Part shown: piece by piece, positions 54,501-64,000 of the stretch
Position numbering within the stretch: position 1 is the stretch's first letter
Layout: every line of letters begins with the position of its first letter
Assembly: GCA_039096225.1 (NCBI GenBank)
Contig: JBBPEB010000027.1
Location: 124,001-188,000, forward strand
DNA length: 64,000 bases
Source of the DNA: Blastocystis sp. Blastoise
Lineage: Eukaryota; Protista; Bigyra: Opalinata
Reading direction: 5' to 3'
Made by a program: the position numbers and the translations under genes
Notes under the pieces: model-generated
Told to the model about the DNA's origin: nothing
Seen by the model: the letters and a program-made list of their open reading frames with translations, nothing else
Database searches by the model: none

Positions 54501-54711
54501 TTCTCTATAGCTTTCTAAACAGCTTCTACTATATAGAAATAATGATAAACCGAATAAAAATTAAATTAAAAAAGAAAACATACGATGATCCTGGATTTCC
54601 AAAAGTATTTTGAGGATTTCCCATAGTAGTAGGCTGTGCAGGGATAGTTGGCTGACTATATCCGCTTTGTAGATGAGATACACCAACATTAGGAAAGAGG
54701 TAATTATTCAT
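49797..54711 (-). CDS. E3 ubiquitin ligase: Pro/Asn-rich N-terminus, RING1, IBR-like domain, MYCBP2-type RING plus tandem-cysteine (RING-Cys-relay) module
   Basis: CDLC...[11 protein letters not shown]...CPHKGC; [19 protein letters not shown]; [30 protein letters not shown]; [15 protein letters not shown]; [25 protein letters not shown]; [16 protein letters not shown]. Confidence 0.88.
53735..54230 (-). repeat. Coding tandem repeat, 9 copies of about 19 aa (57 bp)
   Basis: Unit [19 protein letters not shown] and variants in the 882-aa ORF. Confidence 0.9.
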
Positions 54712-56337
54712 CGTATCTATATTCTATGATAAAGATAAGTGATAAAGGTCATTCTCATTAGTATACAAATAATTAAAATTAAGAAAAAAAAACAAAAGTG
54801 AATAGTGGATATATATTTTAAGTGATTGAGCATAGTTTAGAATCAATTAATAAGAAACGATAAAAAATATATGGAGATCATCAAAACAAAAGAAATAATA
54901 CGATAATAAGTAGATAATACATACTTGTTAGATAAATAAAAAATGAAATTGGATTTATTTTAATTCGCAAAAAATTCGAGATTATGACCTACCTCGACGT
55001 TTTACGCCTAGTTGCCGTTAAACTCGACTATAGAATTCTATTCGAACGCAATTGACTTTTAGGAACAATATTTCATATTTAGCCAATCATTTTTAGCTGA
55101 CTAGACTGCTTTATTATTATTGGCTTATTTTTTTTATAGAATTCTATTAGACTCGACTAGTATTGAATTATTAAAATGTCTTAAAATTTCTTACTGTTAA
55201 CTCAAAGTATTTTTCTATTGGCTAATTTAATTCAAGTTATTTATCAATTTATTATAGTTATTTTATAATTATTTGACTTCAAATTTTACATGTATGAAGT
55301 TATTACTTATTACTTATTACTATTTATAAATATAGTAGTAAATAAAATTCGCATTAACGATTTTTGAATTAATTCTCAATGCTATTAATTGTAGTATTGT
55401 TTGTAAGTGAAATGCTATCATAACATCTTCCTTATTAATTTTTGAGAGTTGTAATATTTAAAAATTGAATTTATAAAATAATAAATAATTAAATAAAAAT
55501 AAATAAATAAAAGAATTATATTTTTTATTATGTTGATTTAAGTTAAAATATAAATATACTTAAAATCGTTTTTGTTAACTACTTTAAACACTGTAATGAA
55601 TACATCATTAACTTTTGAAAATTATTGTGACGAGACATTGTAATGTACTGAATTATATATTCTATGCTTCAAATTCTTATTATACTTTATTCCTCATAGC
55701 TATTATAACTATATATAAATAGAATTTAACTTAATAAGACTTTCAAAAAGAAGATCAGTTTATAATTCACTGTTTTATTGTCATGATGTTGTTTATTTAT
55801 TATATACTAGAACACTATATCTAGAAGACAACAATTACAGTTTCAATTATTATAAATATCACTTAATGATACATGATTAACACATTCTCTTTTATGTCAA
55901 GTATTAAACACAGATTCTGTTTTATATACATGCCAGAAATATATATATATTTGATTCTAATACTTTAGTAAAAAAATAATAGATGAAAATACACTTTTAG
56001 CCAAAATTAATAAAACACATAAATATTATTAAAACTATATCTATTTTCCACATTTATAAGTGATTATTTAAATATATATCTTATAAATTGATATATACAT
56101 ATGGAAGTATTAATATACTTTCCTAAGAAGATAAATATAACAGTTTCAATATCAAATCTATTATAAAATCTATAAAAAAAACTTAAGTCAGGAATTGGAC
56201 CTGAAAAGAGTCGATGAGACTTTTCCTTACTATCAAAGCTTAAGTAGAGTTTATATATATATATATCTGCATATATTAAATATAATTATAAGTAACTTAA
56301 AAACATGAAATCCTATATATAAAAAGAATAAAATATA

Positions 56338-57600
<1,263 letters not shown>

Positions 57601-57605
57601 AATAC

Positions 57606-58399
57606 TGCTAATTCAGGAATAATATATAATGTAAAGAATTCATTAATATTCACATCCTCTATATATATAATAATAATAATATATATATATATATATATAC
57701 TATTATAATCTTTGATGCCTTGCATCGCTGTTTGGAATCCAGAAGATATATACATAAATAGAGAGAGGCATGCTTCTTTTTCCCGCCATTGGGAGGGATT
57801 CGACAGCGCCAAGAAAGGAGACATTGTTTGCATTGATATCATAATTAACTATATATAATAAATATAATAGAAATTATAATAATAAGTAATAAAAATAATA
57901 ATAATATTAATAATAAATATTATAATAATAAATATATTAATAATAATAAGTATAATAAGTATATATATGTATATATACTTGTTCATTATAGAATTGTCTC
58001 ATAGAATACAGTACATCATGACACCTCGTTTACAGCTATTGCAGTTAGCATCCTATGGGGATTATGGGGGATTATATAAATAAAATTTATTAGATAGAAA
58101 TATATAGTTAAAACTCATTATATATATAAATATAAACAAAATTTATTATATATATAGATAAAATCTGTTATATATAAATATATAGCAGATTTAAATAATA
58201 ATAATAATATATAAATAATATATTCTATAAATACTATATATATATACTTCTAGTTCATTTTGAATATACTCATAAGGCATGTCTTCATAGTTATTCATAT
58301 CATCATCAGTAAATAATAAACAAGGAATAATAATATTCTGTATAATAATTTTTAGACTTTCACCGGTAAACAAGGACTGATTAGAAGGAAGCTTAGACA

Positions 58400-58438
<39 letters not shown>

Positions 58439-58483
58439 ATATAATTTAACATTATAATAAGATTTATATTTATAATTTATTAG

Positions 58484-58543
<60 letters not shown>

Positions 58544-58832
58544 GCAAAATATGTTAATCTATTTTTATATATAGTATTATATCGATCTTCTTCTTTATAT
58601 TTAACATCACTTAATATATTCCAGACTTTTTCAGTAATAGTCTTAGCATAAGGAAGAAATAATAAGTTATTTCTACTCTCCATTCTATATATATATATAA
58701 ATAGATTATGCTTATTAGTATTATTAACTTTAGTACTATTATATTTCACTTATTATATATATATATACGTAGAAATGATTTCAATGATATTTGCCTTCAA
58801 TCTCTCAACTGGACCTTCTTCATAACCACTTT
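57606..58832 (-). pseudogene. CSE1: Internal fragment of exportin-2 (CSE1/CAS), frameshifted
   Basis: Six exons: GYEEGPVERLKANIIEII, KVWNIL, IIIPCLLFTDDDMNNYEDMPYEYIQNELE, NPSQWREKEA, VNINEFFTLYIIPEL. The exon at 57979-58052 is 74 nt between phase-0 introns; no N- or C-terminal exons found. Confidence 0.7.
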
Positions 58833-60242
58833 CTATATATATATATATATCTTAATAATAATAATAATTATTATTATAATAATAAAAGTATATAATAATA
58901 ATAATAAAATCTCTAAGTATAATAAAACCAATATAATAATAATACCAATAAAACCTATATAATAATAAAATCTATATAATAATAATAAAATCTATATAAT
59001 AATAATAATAAGTATAATAATAAAACCTATATATATATAATAATAAGTATATATATATATATATAGAAAAAAGTAGCAATATATATATACACATCAATAT
59101 TAATAAATTAAAACCCCCATAACCTATATATATATATAATTATAGCAATAATACTAATGAAAATAATAATATGTTACAACAAGATAACATATGTATAATA
59201 AAGAAATAAATAAACTTTTCATTAAAATAATTATAAACATGAATAGATGATTGAATATATTTACAAAATAATATATGAAGGCAATAAATATTAGAAAGTA
59301 AACTAAATAAATAAAACACATAGAAATGCGCAATGTGGACAAACTAAAAGACAAGACAAAAAAAGAGTTATAAATAGTTTAATATAAAATGATAACTATA
59401 TACAGGGAAAAAATAATGAAACAACAAAGACGAATAAAAGCACAATGGGAGATTTGCAACGTGCAAATAGATTATCTTACACCAGAATCAAAGCCACAAA
59501 CCCAACATTGAGTTTTAACGTTATCGGTACAACAGAACCAATCTATATAAGGAAAATAAAAAGTACAAGAATGTAGATTGTGTTGAATAGTTAGAAACTT
59601 ACAATTCTGACAATAAGGGATCTGCAACGACATGACAATTGAGAGACAAAGCTACAATAAGCAGCATAAGAAAATTTTAATATTTTAAATAATAAAAATT
59701 AATAATGATTATTTTATCAATATAACCTTTAAAAAAATATTTTTCGTGAATACATAAAAAATTAATTAGTCTTTCCTAGATTTCAATATAATAAATCTAT
59801 TCATCATTATCAAAAAGCTGGCTCAACAATAGTATATTCTATACTATAATTGTCTTTCTATTATTGTAATTAGTGTACACAAGATTTCGACTCAATTCAT
59901 GATCTACTCCATTTCTGTGACAAATTGAAATATCAAAAAACACAACAAAATATGTAGATTGTATCGAAACATTCTGATTATCTAGTATTCAAAAATATTA
60001 TCATTTAGCCAGAATTATAGACAATGATGATTTTGTTTATCTCAGGCCTTATTTCTAGTTCATCACATAATCACAAGAGTGTGCACTATTTATTATGGAC
60101 AATATAATATGATATATTCTATTAAACGAACACTTGGTATTGTTATTTTGGAGTTATTTGTTATTATATTCATTTATTCGTGAATATTCTTCTATTTAAA
60201 TTTATGGACTACTATGTTTAGTTTATTTATTTCTTTATCAAA

Positions 60243-63200
60243 ATGGATATATCGAAAGGTGTTGCTGGATATACTGAATTATTCAACATTGGACTTAAAA
60301 ATCATTATGATACTCGTGAAGAATTGAAAGCATCATTCGCTGCGTATAGATCAAAAAGTCACTTCTCGGTACAGCAAAGAGGTGGCCATCCTTTGAAGTA
60401 CATATGCAATACAGATGGGTGCCTATTTTATGTTATTTATAAAAAGAATGGTCTCCAATTTGATGTAACATCTTATATGTGCAAACATAATCATAAACGT
60501 ACATATTATTGATTATACTCTGTTTTATTTAATTTCATCTAGCCACGCCAGAACAATCGTATGATTTGCATACTGTTTATAATTCAGATAGTATATATTT
60601 ATTTCATATTATCAATAATTATTATTCTATTGTTAATTTTATTTGACTAAATTTATTATATTTAATTTAATATTATTAATATTTTTTAGCTAAAGAGTCT
60701 ATATTAAAGATCTCGTATACTAAAACCACATATGTGTATGAAGATTTTGAAGAAAAAGAATATGATTCGTTTCTAAACGATCCTTTTGGTATGTATTCTC
60801 GTAATGATCCAGTTATTAAGGCGTTGTTTCCATTTACTTCTCAAACTGTAATAGATCATTGGTATGTTAAATTGTTCTCCAGAATTTATGGTGCTGCAGA
60901 AGAAGAATTTAAGTATCTTCCGTCAATGTTATTATCAGTGAAATATTCAGATGAAATCGATTATAAATTATATATCGATAAGAATAATAGAAGCTTTGTC
61001 AGACTCATTGTCATATACAAAAATATTGTGGTCAATCTTGAAAAATTGTTTAACAATGAAATTTACATTGATGCGACGCATTCTCAGTCTAAAGATAAAT
61101 TTTTAATCTATAATATTGTTGTTCTGTCTAGTTATAACAAAAAATATTTACTTGGGTACATGATAGATCTTGGTGGCGAAAGTTCTTATTCTTGGGAAGA
61201 TTTTTTTTTATTTCTTGTTAGTCATGGTAAGCAAAATGTTATATTATTTCTTTTATCATTTATTATTACATATAATATAATATAAGATATATGTATTATA
61301 TAGTATATACATTAATACTATATTATATATATGCATTATACTATATATATATTATACTACTTAATATATTATCTATATTTATATTATATTATAGGAATGA
61401 ATAAAGATGCAAAATATGTAATACATTCAGATGGTTTAATTGGTCTCACAGAAAGTATAAAACGTGTGTTTGTAAATGCTACTAACGTAATGTGTCTTTT
61501 TCATGCCAGGTGTATTATGTATAGAAAAATGTGCATTAAGGAATCAGCTTATATTAATCACATTTTTTTTGAATATTCAAATGCAGAAACACAAGAAATT
61601 GCAGATACTTTACTATATACAGAAATGGAGGAAGCTTCTCATTATTATAATGATGAAACACAAAATAATTTATCAAATATTATAATTCTTAGTTGTTACT
61701 TACAGAGTTGCGACAAGAAGTTTTGTCGTTTTATGCACGCTGGGTTTAATCTTACGATACTGAGTAATAATCCTACAGAACAGATTCATTCAGTTTGGGC
61801 TAAAGTCGTCAGAAAATCTTCATTGGCTATGTTTCCTTTCTTTTATCATTTAGAAAATATAAAAATGATGATAACTAATTGTGATAATATATTAATTAAA
61901 GGAACTATGCCAAATTCTATACATCAAAAAATAGATGCCCTTGACGTTAATCAGTATATAATAAATTCCCAAGGTATTAACAAATTCTATGTCTTCAGAA
62001 TTGATGAGATGATTGTTTATACAATACAATATATTCCAACTGTTACCCTTGTTTGTAACTGTAGTCGCTGTGCAACAGAAGTATTATGTGATCATTGTCT
62101 ATTTTTCATTAAACAAAATGATATAAAGTTTGAGAACATTCCTACAATCATATTAAAGCGATTATATGATTCGCTGAATGTTAATATATGTAATCCACCA
62201 GTTTTTTATAGATTTGTTTCCTATATATATGATCCTATAATCACTGATTCTTCTATTAGTGAGTCATTATCAAGGATGAATAAATTATGTTATGATGTTA
62301 TTGATTCTGATCATATATTCATCACACAAGAAAGTATATACATAATATTATTAAATTATAAAATTATAGAATATATGGAAGCATTATTAAATCTATACAA
62401 AACTATCTTTTCAGTATTTATTATAATATGTATTATATCATTATTAGGTTGCTTGTACATGTATAAATGATTTGTTCTATCCATTAAAATTTTCAAATTT
62501 TATTACATTCTGTACATACTTTGAAAAATATAATCCATTTAATAAAAGTATGTTATATATTTATATATCAAATTTATATATATCTTTTTTTATATTTTAA
62601 TTAATTAAGTATATAATAAAAATATATACTACTATAACATATTATAATATTTAGTGCAAGTAAGTAGTATCGAAAATTCTACATCTCAAAGTGAAGTTAA
62701 TCTTGAGTCTGGTATGTCACAGTTACGTGAATTATATTCTTCTAAGTGTTCAGAAGATCTTATTAAAAAATCAATAAACAATATTATACTAGATAAAACT
62801 GTATGTTCCGGTTCTTATTCTAAAAGCCTTCATTTTAAAAATAATTTTTGTATAGATACAAGCAAATGTTATTAATGTTAAGACAGGTGAATATAATGTA
62901 ATTACATTACCTAATGAAATAACAATTGGCGATATAAAGATCAGAATATCAAAATTGTTGGTAACATGTAAATTTGTTAAAATATTATTATTATCATCAG
63001 ATGGTGACTTATATGATGATAGCATACGAATTAAAGACATTCGCATATGCAGATTTCTTTCAAAATTAACGATATTAATGGTTTTAGTACAAGCTCCCTT
63101 TATTGAGAGTTGTAAGTCATTTCAAGTGTTTACACACCTACCATATTCATCTCTAATAAACGTTAAGCAAGCTTATATGAATGGAGACTTATATATGAAT

Positions 63201-64000
63201 TGTATCTGTGATATAAACAACTTTTTCTTATTATATAAACAGTTTTCGATCAATGTCAATGTTCTAGTTTTAAATTGTATATATTAATATATGTAACATA
63301 GTAATTAATTTTTTTTATGATAATAATAATAATCAGTATAATATTAATAAATATAATAAATATAATAATATTTATAATAAGAAGAAGAAGAAGAAAAAGA
63401 GAGTATAGCTGCTATTATTATATTAATAATTATATTCTTATTATATCTTTATTATATTTTAATTTATTATTATCATTTGATTGGCAATATGTATCATTAC
63501 TATTATAATTATTGTTAATAGAATTATTAGTACACCTATATAGATTCCAGGTATACCATTAGTATAACTTATGATCAACGTCCTTATGCATCAAGTTTCT
63601 TTTATAATATGAAGGAATTAAAACTAAATAGTAATTATTTTTATATCCATTTATTACATATTAATATATATAGTTGGTGATTTAACAAATTATGCAGTTG
63701 ATTTGTTGCAGCAGTGTATAGAGTCAAATATATTGAGATGTAAAACTGTTATAATTTGTAGTATGTACTATATGTTTAATATCAATAATTAATTAGGTGA
63801 AATTATTCCTTTATGCATACAAACGTTATTAAATATTCTCTCTGATGTTTATAAACTTAATATTTTATGGGATAAAAATTGTATGTAAAAATACATTTTT
63901 TATGTATCATATAATTTCTATAGTAACATATGTTTACAATGAAGATATAAGCAAATGCTTTGAAGAATTTAAAGAAGGTACATCATTCATGACTATAATT
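60243..64000 (+). mobile_element. Mutator-like (MULE) transposase gene with SWIM finger and long C-terminal extension, 3'-partial
   Basis: YICNTDGCLF...HNH; IYIDATH, GESSYSWEDFF, IHSDGLIGL, CLFH, SNNPTEQIHS; SWIM CNC..LCDH. Further in-frame exons continue to the window end; TIRs not identified. Confidence 0.85.

Noticed and set aside
59400-59670. Small minus-strand gene or MULE TIR upstream of the transposase
   Set aside because: Splice-like signals are present, but no consistent reading frame and no inverted partner within the window.

Overview
Very AT-rich, intron-dense eukaryotic DNA. The gene content (bacterial-type Ig-repeat surface protein, legumain, fucose salvage, a minor-type intron, organelle-targeted succinyl-CoA synthetase) suggests a Blastocystis-like gut stramenopile; this is inference, not a database result. 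Spliced by hand, the window holds about 15 host protein genes: a 5'-truncated Ig/HRM-repeat surface protein, legumain, an LRR protein, an Nnf1-like protein, VPS35, a 2-Cys peroxiredoxin, TyrRS with an EMAP-II domain, ARP1, a small TM protein, TRM5, SCS-beta, a bifunctional fucokinase/GDP-fucose pyrophosphorylase, a GT23-like fucosyltransferase, a 2-TM protein, RPC40, and a RING-IBR plus MYCBP2-type RING-Cys-relay E3. It also holds 3 tRNAs, a complete hAT transposon (71-bp perfect TIRs, 8-bp TSD), a CSE1 pseudogene fragment and a 3'-truncated MULE transposase with a long extension. Highlights: (1) a hybrid RBR/RCR ubiquitin ligase; (2) six non-canonical splice junctions whose deviant base always matches the spliced mRNA, which is either a polishing artefact or unusual biology; (3) a genuine AT-AC U12 intron; (4) an adjacent fucose salvage/fucosyltransferase pair; (5) a MULE-Ubl-LRR-like chimera. 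Most short ORFs in the supplied track are microsatellite read-throughs. All exon models are manual and lack RNA support.
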